Below, piece by piece: positions 47,527 to 57,360 of a stretch of DNA of 64,000 nt. Position 1 is the first letter of the stretch, and each line of letters opens with the position of its first letter. The stretch spans positions 186,001 to 250,000 of IMG/VR virus record IMGVR_UViG_3300047157_000197; one strand, given 5' to 3'. The notes under the pieces were generated by a model, which saw only the letters and a program-made list of their open reading frames with translations, had not been told where the DNA came from and ran no database searches. Made by a program: the position numbers and the translations under genes.

Positions 47527-48465
47527 ATGAGACACCTAATATACATACTGTGGGTGTTGTTACTTACATCTTGTGGTACAACATACCAACTATCAACAAT
47601 CAATCACGACCCAATCTATACATCTGATGGAACAGAAATCCAATTTGATGTAGTAGATAACGAATTTCAATTAGCAAGAAAGTTCAGAACAGATGATAAA
47701 TTCCGATGGGATTTTGCACAATTTGCAATGAAACAAGACCTAAGATGGAACTATGATTTCTATTTCAATAATAGAATGTACAGAAGTCCATATGCATCAC
47801 CATTTGATTTCTATTGGAACTCACATAACTATTGGTGGAATTGGGCAACTAATTCACATTTCAATATGGGATTCAATCATTGGGATAGATTTGGATTCTA
47901 TGGATATGGTAGTTCTTTTGGATATTATGGATTCAATAGATATGGTTGGAACAATGGTTACTATGGTAATGGTTGGGGATACAGACAGAGAATGAATGAT
48001 TATGCATGGAGAAATAGAAATAGAACAAATACAGCTTATGTAGTTGGTAGAAGAAGTTCAAACAATGTTGTAGTTGGTAATAGAACTAACGTAATAAAAG
48101 ATAGAGTTATTATTAATAGAAACAAACCTAGACTGGTTGTTGATAAGGATGTAGTTATTGATAGAGCAATTATCAAACTTAAACGAAATAACAACAACAT
48201 CAGAGTTTACGAAAACCCTAATAACGTTCCTAATAAAATTATAATAAGAAATAATAACAACAGTAAACCTGTTAGAAATTATAATAGACCAGAGAACAAT
48301 AGAAATAACTTTAACAGAAATAATAATACAAGACCAAGTAGAACTTACACACCTCCATCAAGAAGTTCTTCACCACCTGTGATTAGTAGACCTCCAACAA
48401 GAAGTTCTAATCCACCTGTGATTAGTAGAGGTAGTGGTGGTAGTAGAGGTTCTGTAAAGAATTAG
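47527..48465 (+). CDS. lipoprotein with aromatic/Gly-rich core and Asn/Arg/Pro/Ser-rich disordered tail
   Basis: lipobox LLTS-C after ATG 47527; repeated SS.PPVISR at the C-terminus. Confidence 0.65.
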   Translation: MRHLIYILWVLLLTSCGTTYQLSTINHDPIYTSDGTEIQFDVVDNEFQLARKFRTDDKFRWDFAQFAMKQDLRWNYDFYFNNRMYRSPYASPFDFYWNSHNYWWNWATNSHFNMGFNHWDRFGFYGYGSSFGYYGFNRYGWNNGYYGNGWGYRQRMNDYAWRNRNRTNTAYVVGRRSSNNVVVGNRTNVIKDRVIINRNKPRLVVDKDVVIDRAIIKLKRNNNNIRVYENPNNVPNKIIIRNNNNSKPVRNYNRPENNRNNFNRNNNTRPSRTYTPPSRSSSPPVISRPPTRSSNPPVISRGSGGSRGSVKN

Positions 48466-48510
48466 TTAATATTAATTTCTTTATATTTATATAGGTAAAG
48501 GAAATACCAT

Positions 48511-49977
48511 ATGTCAAGATTAAAAAAAGAAATCCTAAATAAACTTAAAGAGTATGCCGGTAAGATGGGTAAAGACCATCTAGGTGGTGATGATATTGAA
48601 TCCCCAAAAAAAGGTGGGTTAAGAGATTTTGATGGATACGATAACGTAGACTACAATCAAGATATGCCAATGGATGAAATGCAGGTTGTAAACAAAGCAA
48701 CAGGTAAAGATATTACCAAGCACGTTTTAGCTTTATTATCGGGTAAAATTGATAAGAAAAAGTTTGAAAAACTTACTGGTCTAAAAAAAGAATCAGTAAA
48801 CGAAGTTGGAGTAAATGTTTGGTATTTTTACAAAAAAGCTAACAAAAATAAGAATAAGTTTTTTAAGATGTTATCTGATTTTCGTAAAAAACATAGTGAT
48901 ACTGCATGGATAAAGATGTTAAATTATGCTCTTGAGGATTTTAATGAAAATCCAAAGAAGTATAAAACAATTGATGATAAACAAAATATATTATTTAAAA
49001 ACCTTCAAAACAATAAAAAAGTATATGAGGGTATGATGTCTACAATAGACCAAATCAGACAAGATTCAAAAGATGTTAGAGATTTCGTAAAGAACGTATT
49101 TAAGGATAGAGAATTTAAAAAGATGAGTAATGATAAAGATTTCATTAAGTATCTTAAATCTATCTATGAAGGTACTACAAATGAAGATGGTCATCCACAA
49201 AATTGGATGAGTGGTAGAACTTCTGATTACCATACTGCACTAAGAGGTAAGAATAAAGATTATAGTGGTGGTACTAACTTTAAAAAAAAGAATCATGGTC
49301 AACCAGATGTTGAAGAAGATGATGAGGACCAAGAAACTAACCATCTGAGTAATAAACAAACTCATATAAAATCTCCATTAAAAATGGCAGAGAGTGGAAA
49401 AAAAAAATCCGATAAGAACTACAAAGATTGGAAAAGTAGTAGATTAAGAAAAGAAATATCTAAAAAACTTAAAGAATACGGTCAAAGATTAGATTTATCA
49501 TTTATAGAAGATGAAGAAGCTAAGTTAGATGGAACATATCCATCAACTGATGCAATTGATAGAGATATTGATGAAACTGCTAAAAGAGATTACAAAGATG
49601 AGTACAAGAAATTTCAATCATCAAAGAAATCAAAGAAATACAGAGCGGAATTAAATAAGTACAATAGACAAAAGGGTACTTATGGTAATGGTGATGGTAA
49701 AGATGCTTCACATAAAGGTGGGAAGATAGTAGGTTTTGAATCTGCATCTAAAAATCGTGGCAGAAAAGAAAAGAGTAGGTTAAAGAAAGAATCAATTACA
49801 CTAGATGAAATCGGTATATTTCCTGTAAACAATTACCTTAAAGGTATGATTCCACGAAACATGATGGATACTACAACAAGACAGAAAAAAGAAAGATTAA
49901 AATCAACTATAAATGATTTGAAAAGTACGTTAAATCATTTTTGGAAATCACATGATATACCATATAGGATAAAATAA
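48511..49977 (+). CDS. modular putative virion internal protein with a C-terminal HNH-like module
   Basis: segments separated by ESVNE/VYEG/IYEG/IDE/ESITLDE; RDYKDEY...GDGKDASH...NR. Confidence 0.5.
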   Translation: MSRLKKEILNKLKEYAGKMGKDHLGGDDIESPKKGGLRDFDGYDNVDYNQDMPMDEMQVVNKATGKDITKHVLALLSGKIDKKKFEKLTGLKKESVNEVGVNVWYFYKKANKNKNKFFKMLSDFRKKHSDTAWIKMLNYALEDFNENPKKYKTIDDKQNILFKNLQNNKKVYEGMMSTIDQIRQDSKDVRDFVKNVFKDREFKKMSNDKDFIKYLKSIYEGTTNEDGHPQNWMSGRTSDYHTALRGKNKDYSGGTNFKKKNHGQPDVEEDDEDQETNHLSNKQTHIKSPLKMAESGKKKSDKNYKDWKSSRLRKEISKKLKEYGQRLDLSFIEDEEAKLDGTYPSTDAIDRDIDETAKRDYKDEYKKFQSSKKSKKYRAELNKYNRQKGTYGNGDGKDASHKGGKIVGFESASKNRGRKEKSRLKKESITLDEIGIFPVNNYLKGMIPRNMMDTTTRQKKERLKSTINDLKSTLNHFWKSHDIPYRIK

Positions 49978-49979
49978 TA

Positions 49980-50300
49980 ATGATAAAACTTACATCTATA
50001 CTTAACGAAGGAAAGATATTATTACAATCTAAAGATAAGAATGCTGAATTACCATCAGTATTTCCTGATTTTTTAGTACACGCTAAAGAACATAATGTAA
50101 TACAATTTATTCCAAGAAAATCAGTTGATTTAGATAAAATAGACCAATTGGGTAATATATCAAAAGATGATATCACTAAACAATTAGCTAGTTGGGCTGA
50201 AAAGAAAACAAAAATCAAATATAAACCATTTAACGATTTCCAAGGAGCAGGATATGGAATTCGTATAGATATGGATTACATTGGAAAAAAACTTAAATAA
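49980..50300 (+). CDS. putative virion internal protein
   Basis: MIKLTSILNE leader. Confidence 0.5.
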   Translation: MIKLTSILNEGKILLQSKDKNAELPSVFPDFLVHAKEHNVIQFIPRKSVDLDKIDQLGNISKDDITKQLASWAEKKTKIKYKPFNDFQGAGYGIRIDMDYIGKKLK

Positions 50301-50310
50301 GGAGAATCAA

Positions 50311-50799
50311 ATGGCAATAGTACCAAAAGGAATCGTAGTACATAGTATGGGTGAGTATCTTCAATGGGAAGGTGAATGGATAACAGCTCATGAATTTTTA
50401 AAAGAATTGAAACTCTCAGTTCATGGATTTATACATCCTGATGGTAAATATGAAAAGATGATTTCATCACCTGGTAAAGCATCTCATGCTGGTAAATCAG
50501 AATGGAATGGATTACAACATTTAAACTCACATTATTTAGGATTTGAATTGTTAGTACCTGGTAAACAAACGTATGGTTCGTTTTTAAAGGCAATAGAACA
50601 AGAAGGTACTTATACTGAAGAACAATTTAAATCATCAGTAGATACAGTAAAATGGTGGATGAAAGAATATAATATCCCTGCAGAAAATGTAGTAAGACAT
50701 TCTGATTGTAGTGGAGACCATGTAAGAGGAAGTGGAAAAGGAAAAGTAGACCCTGGCTCTGCATTTGATTGGGAACGATTTAAGAAAGAAATTTCATAA
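50311..50799 (+). CDS. N-acetylmuramoyl-L-alanine amidase (Amidase_2), likely endolysin
   Basis: IVVH, SVHGFI, ASHAG, N...LGFE, VVRHSD, KVDPG..FDW; start at ATG 50311 after AAGGAG. Confidence 0.88.
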   Translation: MAIVPKGIVVHSMGEYLQWEGEWITAHEFLKELKLSVHGFIHPDGKYEKMISSPGKASHAGKSEWNGLQHLNSHYLGFELLVPGKQTYGSFLKAIEQEGTYTEEQFKSSVDTVKWWMKEYNIPAENVVRHSDCSGDHVRGSGKGKVDPGSAFDWERFKKEIS

Positions 50800-50856
50800 A
50801 TTTTTATATATATAAGTAATAAAGGTTACAACTCACATTTAAGGAGGAGTAATACA

Positions 50857-51187
50857 ATGATTGATAAAGAATTAGAGAAAGCAAATACCAGTCATCCAGC
50901 AGATACAAACGGTGATGGTAAAGTATCTAAAGAAGAACACGATATGTATCTTGAATTCAAGAGAAAAGAACTTGAAGATAAAGATGCTATGAGAGATGCA
51001 CAACGTAGAATGGCATGGTTTGCCTTAATTGGTATGTTACTATATCCATTCGCAGTTGTAATCGCTTCAGTAAGTGGTGTGGAACAAGCATCAACTATAC
51101 TTGGTGATATGGCAAGCTACATATTTTGTTTCAGTTGCAGCAATAGTTGCAGCATTCTTTGGTACACAAGCGTACTCAAGTAAATAA
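50857..51187 (+). CDS. EF-hand-loop membrane protein, frameshifted near 51114
   Basis: DTNGDGKVSKEE loop plus a TM helix; removing one A gives a second TM (ATYFVSVAAIVAAFFGTQAYSSK*). Confidence 0.6.
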
Positions 51188-51206
51188 AGTTATAAAATTA
51201 TAAAAA

Positions 51207-51977
51207 TTGGATAGATTTAAAAAAATACCACCTCTTGATATGAGTGAGTGGTTTGTTACAGAAAAAGAAAAGGACACCTTTCATCCTAATGATTGGAATA
51301 TGCCAGTGCCTTGGATATCCTCATTTATTTTTACACATATAAAATCTGAATTTTGGGGTTATGGAAACGACCAAGAATGGGATTATAAGCATAGACCAAA
51401 AGTTTTACAAATTGGTTGTGCTCAAGGATGGGATGCCATTGAAAATGCCAAAATACTTAAATTGCCTTCAATAAATGGAGAGCTTCATATTATTGACTGG
51501 TTCAAAGGTAATTTAACTGTTGATACAGAAGAAGAATGGTATTATAATGAAAATAACCCACCAGAATGGAAATCCCACTTATGGAGTGAGGCAAAAAAAT
51601 TCAAAGTAGATGATATTATAACAGTATTTGAAGGCGATTCAAGAAAAATGATTCATAATGTTATGGATAATTGGTATGATATTATTTTTATTGACGGTGG
51701 TCATGAATATGATATCGTAAAATCAGATGTTGAAAATGGTTATAGAAAATTAAAAAAAGGTGGTATTATGGTTTTTGATGATTTTTCAGGAGATGAAACT
51801 ACCTATGATGAATTAAATATCAAAGATGCATCTGAAGAAATGTTAGAAAAAGATACTTGGGAATTTGAATCACATGGTTTGGTTCATGTTGGTGTTATAA
51901 AAGCAGTACATGAATTTTTAAAAGGAGATTATATTTCTGTTCCATGTCATCATAAATGCTATCACATTAAAAAATAA
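51207..51977 (+). CDS. class I SAM methyltransferase (Methyltransf_24-like)
   Basis: VLQIGCAQG, IIDWF, DIIFIDGGHEY, GGIMVFDD. Confidence 0.85.
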   Translation: MDRFKKIPPLDMSEWFVTEKEKDTFHPNDWNMPVPWISSFIFTHIKSEFWGYGNDQEWDYKHRPKVLQIGCAQGWDAIENAKILKLPSINGELHIIDWFKGNLTVDTEEEWYYNENNPPEWKSHLWSEAKKFKVDDIITVFEGDSRKMIHNVMDNWYDIIFIDGGHEYDIVKSDVENGYRKLKKGGIMVFDDFSGDETTYDELNIKDASEEMLEKDTWEFESHGLVHVGVIKAVHEFLKGDYISVPCHHKCYHIKK

Positions 51978-51986
51978 AATAAAGTT

Positions 51987-52460
51987 ATGATATATTGGTT
52001 CACAGGACAACCTGCAGCAGGAAAAACTATTTTAGGTAAAAAATTAATTGAGTTTCTTAAAACAGAAAAGAGAAATTGGAGAAGAACAGTCTTTCATTTA
52101 GATGGAGATGATTTAAGAGAACTAACTGTTAATAAAGATTATACCCCAAAGGGTAGAGAAATCAATATAAGAAATGCTCAGATGATTACAGAATTTCTTC
52201 ATAAGAATGGGTGTGATGTAGTTGTTTCACTTGTAGCACCTCCAAGATGGTTACGAGAAGAATTCAAAGAAAGAATAGGTTTAGAAAACTTTCAAGAATT
52301 TTATGTACATTGTTCAGACCCTCGTGAAAGAGACCACTTTCATAGTAAGAATTACGAAGCACCTCAAGATAACTTCATCGATGTTGATACAACAAAACAT
52401 TCACCCGAAAAATCATTTTCAAAGATTATAAATACGCTGAAAAAGTTAAATAGATTATAA
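51987..52460 (+). CDS. cysC: adenylylsulfate (APS) kinase-like protein
   Basis: IYWFTGQPAAGKT, LDGDDLR, YEAP; lid region appears shortened. Confidence 0.75.
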   Translation: MIYWFTGQPAAGKTILGKKLIEFLKTEKRNWRRTVFHLDGDDLRELTVNKDYTPKGREINIRNAQMITEFLHKNGCDVVVSLVAPPRWLREEFKERIGLENFQEFYVHCSDPRERDHFHSKNYEAPQDNFIDVDTTKHSPEKSFSKIINTLKKLNRL

Positions 52461-53503
52461 TGATTGATAAAAAAGAATATATCTGTTCAATGCCGTTTCA
52501 ATATACAGAGGTATTTGATGACAGACAATATCTTTGTTGTCCCTCTTGGTTAGATGTGGATGTGTGGGATGGAAAATCAATAAAATCTAGTTTTAATAGT
52601 GATAAGTCAAAAGAAGTTAGAGAATCTATTTTAGATGGTTCTTACAAATATTGCAATGAAACACAATGTCCATATTTATCAGGTCTAAAAAATAATAACT
52701 TATCAAAGAAATTTATAAAAAAAGATAAAAAAATTATAAACAACCTAAGAAGTAACGTTGAAATAAAAACAGTTAATTTTTGTTTTGATAGAAGTTGTAA
52801 TTTTCAATGTCCATCTTGTAGAAATGAATTAATAAACTACTATGGAAAAGATAGAGAACAAGTTGAAGTAAAACTTAAAGAAATTACAGATGAGATATCA
52901 TCAACTGTAAAAATATTATATCTCACAGGAACTGCAGACCCATTTTACTCTAAATCATTTAGAGAGTTTTTAGAAAAATTAGATTCTACCAAATTTAAAA
53001 AATTAGAATCAATTCATTTACATACTAATGGAAGTTTATGGAATGAAAAAATGTGGAATAGATTAAGTGCAATACATCCTTATGTAAAAACTTGTGAAAT
53101 ATCAATAGATGCTGGAACAAAAAAAACCTATGAAACTAAAACAAGAATCGGTGGTAAGTGGGATGTGTTGTTAGAAAATTTAAAGTTTATCACCACAATA
53201 GATACTATACAATTCTTTAGTTTTTCATTTGTAGTACAAGACAGTAATTTTAGAGAAATGAAACTATTCTATGATATAATAACTAATTGTATGAAAGGAA
53301 GTAAATCTAAATTTGATGTATTTTATAATTCAATAACAAATTGGGGTACTTATAGTGAAGAAGAATATAATGAAAAAAATGTTACAAATTCAAATCATAA
53401 AGACCATAGCGAGTTTTTGGAAGTATTAAAAACAATGAAAGATTTACCTTTCTTTACAAATAATTTTAATCACTTATATGAAAAAACAATAAGTTTAATA
53501 TAA
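52460..53503 (+). CDS. radical SAM protein with N-terminal SPASM/twitch-like domain
   Basis: CSMPF...CCP; CNFQCPSC; HTNG; ISIDAG. Confidence 0.88.
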   Translation: MIDKKEYICSMPFQYTEVFDDRQYLCCPSWLDVDVWDGKSIKSSFNSDKSKEVRESILDGSYKYCNETQCPYLSGLKNNNLSKKFIKKDKKIINNLRSNVEIKTVNFCFDRSCNFQCPSCRNELINYYGKDREQVEVKLKEITDEISSTVKILYLTGTADPFYSKSFREFLEKLDSTKFKKLESIHLHTNGSLWNEKMWNRLSAIHPYVKTCEISIDAGTKKTYETKTRIGGKWDVLLENLKFITTIDTIQFFSFSFVVQDSNFREMKLFYDIITNCMKGSKSKFDVFYNSITNWGTYSEEEYNEKNVTNSNHKDHSEFLEVLKTMKDLPFFTNNFNHLYEKTISLI

Positions 53504-53904
53504 TGGCAAATATAAAAACAAAAGCAGATAAAGAATCTTCCTCATCAGAAGTAAAGTATTCATTCTTTGCAGGTAGATGGCAACCACTTCACAAGGGGCA
53601 TCTATGGTTAATTAATGAAAGATTAAAAGAAGGATATAAAGTATGGTTAGGTATCAGAGATGTAGAACCAGATGAAAAGAATCCTTGGACTGCAGAAGAA
53701 ATTCTAAAAATGGTTCATGAAGGTGAGTTAAAAGAACTCATCTTAGAGGGTAAGGTAATTGCAACCATTATACCTGATATCGAATCTATCAACTATGGTA
53801 GAGGAGTAGGATATGATATCATAGAGCACGTACCACCAAAAGAGATTGGGGATATTTCAGCAACATCTATTCGTAATCAAATGAAAAAAGATGGTAAGCT
53901 ATGA
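53503..53904 (+). CDS. HIGH-family nucleotidyltransferase
   Basis: GRWQPLHKGH, NPW, ISATSIR. Confidence 0.8.
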   Translation: MANIKTKADKESSSSEVKYSFFAGRWQPLHKGHLWLINERLKEGYKVWLGIRDVEPDEKNPWTAEEILKMVHEGELKELILEGKVIATIIPDIESINYGRGVGYDIIEHVPPKEIGDISATSIRNQMKKDGKL

Positions 53905-54389
53905 TTTTGTTTCAAGAAAAACTTATAGATGATATAGAAATAAAATACCTTCTTAATCTTTGGGATACTAATTTAGTTCAAGATAATACTAAATTTTTAG
54001 ATGAATATAAAGCACTAGCAATGGAATGGGTTGATGTAATTAAAAATAAGTTAGATATAAGTAGCTTGCACAACGGAGGGTTTCATAATAAAAATTTTGA
54101 AAAAATAAGAATACAACATTATCACGAATCCATTGGTAATATAGAAACATACCATGGTCATGTCAATATTCATAATTATATTATATTTTTGAATGATGAT
54201 TTTAAAGGTGGCGAATTAGAATTTGAAAATGGAATAATCATTAAACCATCAAAGGGAAGTTTAGTATATTTCAATAATAATGAAAGACATAGAGTTCTAC
54301 CTTGTATCGGAAGTAGATATGTATTTACTGCATTAGGAAATACAGAAGCAAATATAGAATTTAAATCTAAAGAAAAAAGTATTATATAA
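53901..54389 (+). CDS. 2OG-Fe(II) oxygenase-like protein
   Basis: IFLNDDFKGGELEF, HRVLPC.GSRY. Confidence 0.75.
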   Translation: MILFQEKLIDDIEIKYLLNLWDTNLVQDNTKFLDEYKALAMEWVDVIKNKLDISSLHNGGFHNKNFEKIRIQHYHESIGNIETYHGHVNIHNYIIFLNDDFKGGELEFENGIIIKPSKGSLVYFNNNERHRVLPCIGSRYVFTALGNTEANIEFKSKEKSII

Positions 54390-54390
54390 T

Positions 54391-54585
54391 ATGGCATCAA
54401 TAAAAGAAACTTTTATCAAAACTATTATTTGGAGAGTAATTGCTACTTCAATAACATTTTTAGTTAGTTGGGTTATAAGCGGTAACTTAGAGTTTGGATT
54501 AATGATAGGTGGTATAGATACAATAATAAAAACAATCGGGTATTTTACATATGAAAGATTATGGAATACTAAAAAAACAAAATAA
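54391..54585 (+). CDS. DUF2061-like small membrane protein
   Basis: KTIIWRVIATSIT...K..YF.YERLW. Confidence 0.8.
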   Translation: MASIKETFIKTIIWRVIATSITFLVSWVISGNLEFGLMIGGIDTIIKTIGYFTYERLWNTKKTK

Positions 54586-54586
54586 A

Positions 54587-55615
54587 ATGATAAAACCAAA
54601 TGTAAAAAATGAATGGGGTGATTTAAAAGAAATCATTGTAGGAAGTGCAATAAATGCACAAGTACCAACTGTTGGGGATAAATGTTTACATAATATTGAT
54701 TATGCACACCTATCTGATGAAGAATTTAAAAACAGACCAAGTGGATTATATCCTCAAAAACTGATAGATGAAACTGAAGAAGATTTAGATGGAATTTCAG
54801 ACCAACTTAGAGAACTTGGAGTAAAGGTTCACAGACCATTAGAAAGAGATTTTTCACAACCTATAAAAACAGATAATTGGGAAGTTGATGGTTATTATAA
54901 CTATTGCCCAAGAGATTCTATGTTAGTTATCAACGATAAAGTTATTGCAACACCAATGACTCTTAGACATAGAAGTAATGAAGCAGAAACTTGTAAACCA
55001 TTATTTGACCCAACACATTGGGTAGATGCTCCAAAACCAAAATTATTAGATTCAATCTATCAAAGAGAAGATTTATCTATTCCAACGTTACTTGATGGTG
55101 AACCTGTTTTTGATGCAGCAAATGTTATTAAACATAATAATGATTTACTATATTTAGTTTCTAATACAGGTAATAAGACTGGTGCAGAGTGGTTAGAAAG
55201 ATATTGTAAAGAAAACTTTGGTGAAGAATATAATGTACATTTAGCACAAGGTGTTTATGCATACATTCATATTGATACAACTTTTGTATTTGTAGGAGAA
55301 GGTAAGGTACTTTTAAATCCAACAAGAGTTAATGAATTCAATATACCAGAATTTTTAAAACCTTTTGATAAGATATGGGCACCCGAACCATTTCCTACTC
55401 AAGTACTTGATAATTGGTGTCCTGCTTCACCATGGTTGGGAATGAATATTTTACCAATCAATGATAAGTTAATAATGGTTGAAGAACACCAAACTCTACT
55501 AATGAAAGAATTAAAAAGATTTGGAATAGATACAATACCTGTAAGAATGAGACATGCTAGAACTTTTAGTGGTGGACCTCATTGTGTAACCTTAGATGTA
55601 GTTAGAGGTGAGTAA
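54587..55615 (+). CDS. amidinotransferase (glycine/inosamine-phosphate amidinotransferase family)
   Basis: NEWGDLKEIIVG, CPRD, FDAAN, HIDTT, GGPHCVTLD; likely start ATG 54587. Confidence 0.9.
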   Translation: MIKPNVKNEWGDLKEIIVGSAINAQVPTVGDKCLHNIDYAHLSDEEFKNRPSGLYPQKLIDETEEDLDGISDQLRELGVKVHRPLERDFSQPIKTDNWEVDGYYNYCPRDSMLVINDKVIATPMTLRHRSNEAETCKPLFDPTHWVDAPKPKLLDSIYQREDLSIPTLLDGEPVFDAANVIKHNNDLLYLVSNTGNKTGAEWLERYCKENFGEEYNVHLAQGVYAYIHIDTTFVFVGEGKVLLNPTRVNEFNIPEFLKPFDKIWAPEPFPTQVLDNWCPASPWLGMNILPINDKLIMVEEHQTLLMKELKRFGIDTIPVRMRHARTFSGGPHCVTLDVVRGE

Positions 55616-56693
55616 GCGTATATTAGATTTTCATCACCAAGCTAATAGATTATTTGGAAGATTTCTTGATATCAACGATTATAGAGATTCAGCCAATGGT
55701 GTTTATGATGCTATAATTGCACATAGACAAATTGAAGAAGATGGTGAAATTGAAGAACTTATTAAATATTGTAAAAAAACTACAAGAGTAATAGTAGATA
55801 TAACAACCGAATCTGGTCAAATAGAACTTTTTATTGATAGATTTAATAAAATTATAAATAAACATCCATATAAATTCATTTTAATTTCAGATGTACCTAT
55901 TAATAAAGTAGTAAATTGTAAAGTGATAGATGATTATTCACTTGCATTTACATCTCATTTAAATGATTCAATGGTTGGTAGAGTATATCATCATCCAACA
56001 GGTGCAAAATTGCAACATGGACTTGATAGTTATAATGGTTCTTTAAGAATACAAAGATTATGGTTAAATTACTTTTTTATTACAAAATTCAGAAGAGATG
56101 TATTACCATTGAACGTTGAGTTTAATCATTATGTAAATTTAGGCGAAGGTCCACAATTTTATCAAGAACAATTTGAAAATTTACTTAAAGAATTACCCAC
56201 AACTGAAAGAAATGAAATACTTCATAATAAACAATATATAAACCCACCTGGAAAAGATATTGATATTGCACATTTCAATGATTTAAAACACCATTGTAAC
56301 ACCGTAAACGTTGTAAGTGAAAACACAATAGGTAATGATATGAATAAAAACGATGATTCCTTTCATATAACTTTCACAGAAAAAACAATTAAACCATTTG
56401 TAAGAGGACAGATACCGTTAATACATAGTTATGTAGGATTGCAATCTAAATTAAGAGAATTAGGATTTGATTTATACGATGAATTTGTAAACCATTCATA
56501 TGAAAATGAATCAGATTCAGTAAAAAGACTTGAAATGATTGTAGATGAGGGTAAACGATTAATGTACTTAGATACTGAAAATTATTTAAGAGAAAATCAA
56601 AGTAGAGTTTACAAGAATAAAAAATTATGTGAGTATTTGGTATGGCAAGGTAAAACCATGGTACATGATATAATAGATAATATTAATATTTAA
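55608..56693 (+). CDS. hypothetical protein, glycosyltransferase-like C-terminus
   Basis: VVSE...TEKTIKPF...LRELGFD...HSYE. Confidence 0.5.
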   Translation: MSKRILDFHHQANRLFGRFLDINDYRDSANGVYDAIIAHRQIEEDGEIEELIKYCKKTTRVIVDITTESGQIELFIDRFNKIINKHPYKFILISDVPINKVVNCKVIDDYSLAFTSHLNDSMVGRVYHHPTGAKLQHGLDSYNGSLRIQRLWLNYFFITKFRRDVLPLNVEFNHYVNLGEGPQFYQEQFENLLKELPTTERNEILHNKQYINPPGKDIDIAHFNDLKHHCNTVNVVSENTIGNDMNKNDDSFHITFTEKTIKPFVRGQIPLIHSYVGLQSKLRELGFDLYDEFVNHSYENESDSVKRLEMIVDEGKRLMYLDTENYLRENQSRVYKNKKLCEYLVWQGKTMVHDIIDNINI

Positions 56694-56753
56694 AAATTAG
56701 AAAAGCCTATCAAAAAATTTTAATATACTATACTTATATTAAAGAGGATTACT

Positions 56754-57317
56754 ATGGAAAATAAAAAAGAAAAAATATTCCCTAATTATGACCCAACTCA
56801 AGATTTATCTTTAGCTGGTAAAAATCGAAGAATGAAACGAGGATTAGGTGCAAAACCACTTCTCGAATCAGAGATAAAGGAAGTTCAAAAGAAAGCTCGT
56901 TCAGCAATGGAAGCAGCTAGATTATTGGGAGTATCTTACAACACTTATAAAAAATACGCAAGAAAATATGGTATCTTTGAAGATTTAAAGAACCCTGATG
57001 GAACTGGTATTCGTAAAGGATATAATATCAAACGAGGAAAATACTCTTTAGATGATATTTTAAAAGGGAAATATCCTGATTACCCTGTTTGGAAACTTAA
57101 ACAAAGATTACTCAATAATGGTTATATGTTAGAAAAATGTAACAAATGTGGATTTGAAGAAAGAAGAATCACAGACCATAAAGTTCCACTTGTTTTAGAT
57201 TTTCTTGATGGAGATAGAAAGAATCATAATTATGAAAATTTAAGAATGTTATGTTTTAATTGTTCCTTTCTAATTAATGGAAATTTATCAGGCCCTAAAA
57301 AAGAATACGAATATTAG
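56754..57317 (+). CDS. HTH plus HNH-like zinc-binding protein (catalytic His apparently absent)
   Basis: EAARLLGVSYNTY; CNKC...LDFLDGDRKNHNYENLRMLCFNC. Confidence 0.7.
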   Translation: MENKKEKIFPNYDPTQDLSLAGKNRRMKRGLGAKPLLESEIKEVQKKARSAMEAARLLGVSYNTYKKYARKYGIFEDLKNPDGTGIRKGYNIKRGKYSLDDILKGKYPDYPVWKLKQRLLNNGYMLEKCNKCGFEERRITDHKVPLVLDFLDGDRKNHNYENLRMLCFNCSFLINGNLSGPKKEYEY

Positions 57318-57345
57318 GATAATTAAATAATTTTTTGTATATTTG
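57314..57345 (+). promoter_or_regulatory. Bacteroidota-type promoter
   Basis: TTAG-N20-TATATTTG. Confidence 0.7.
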
Positions 57346-57360
57346 TAGAAATAAATAAAT

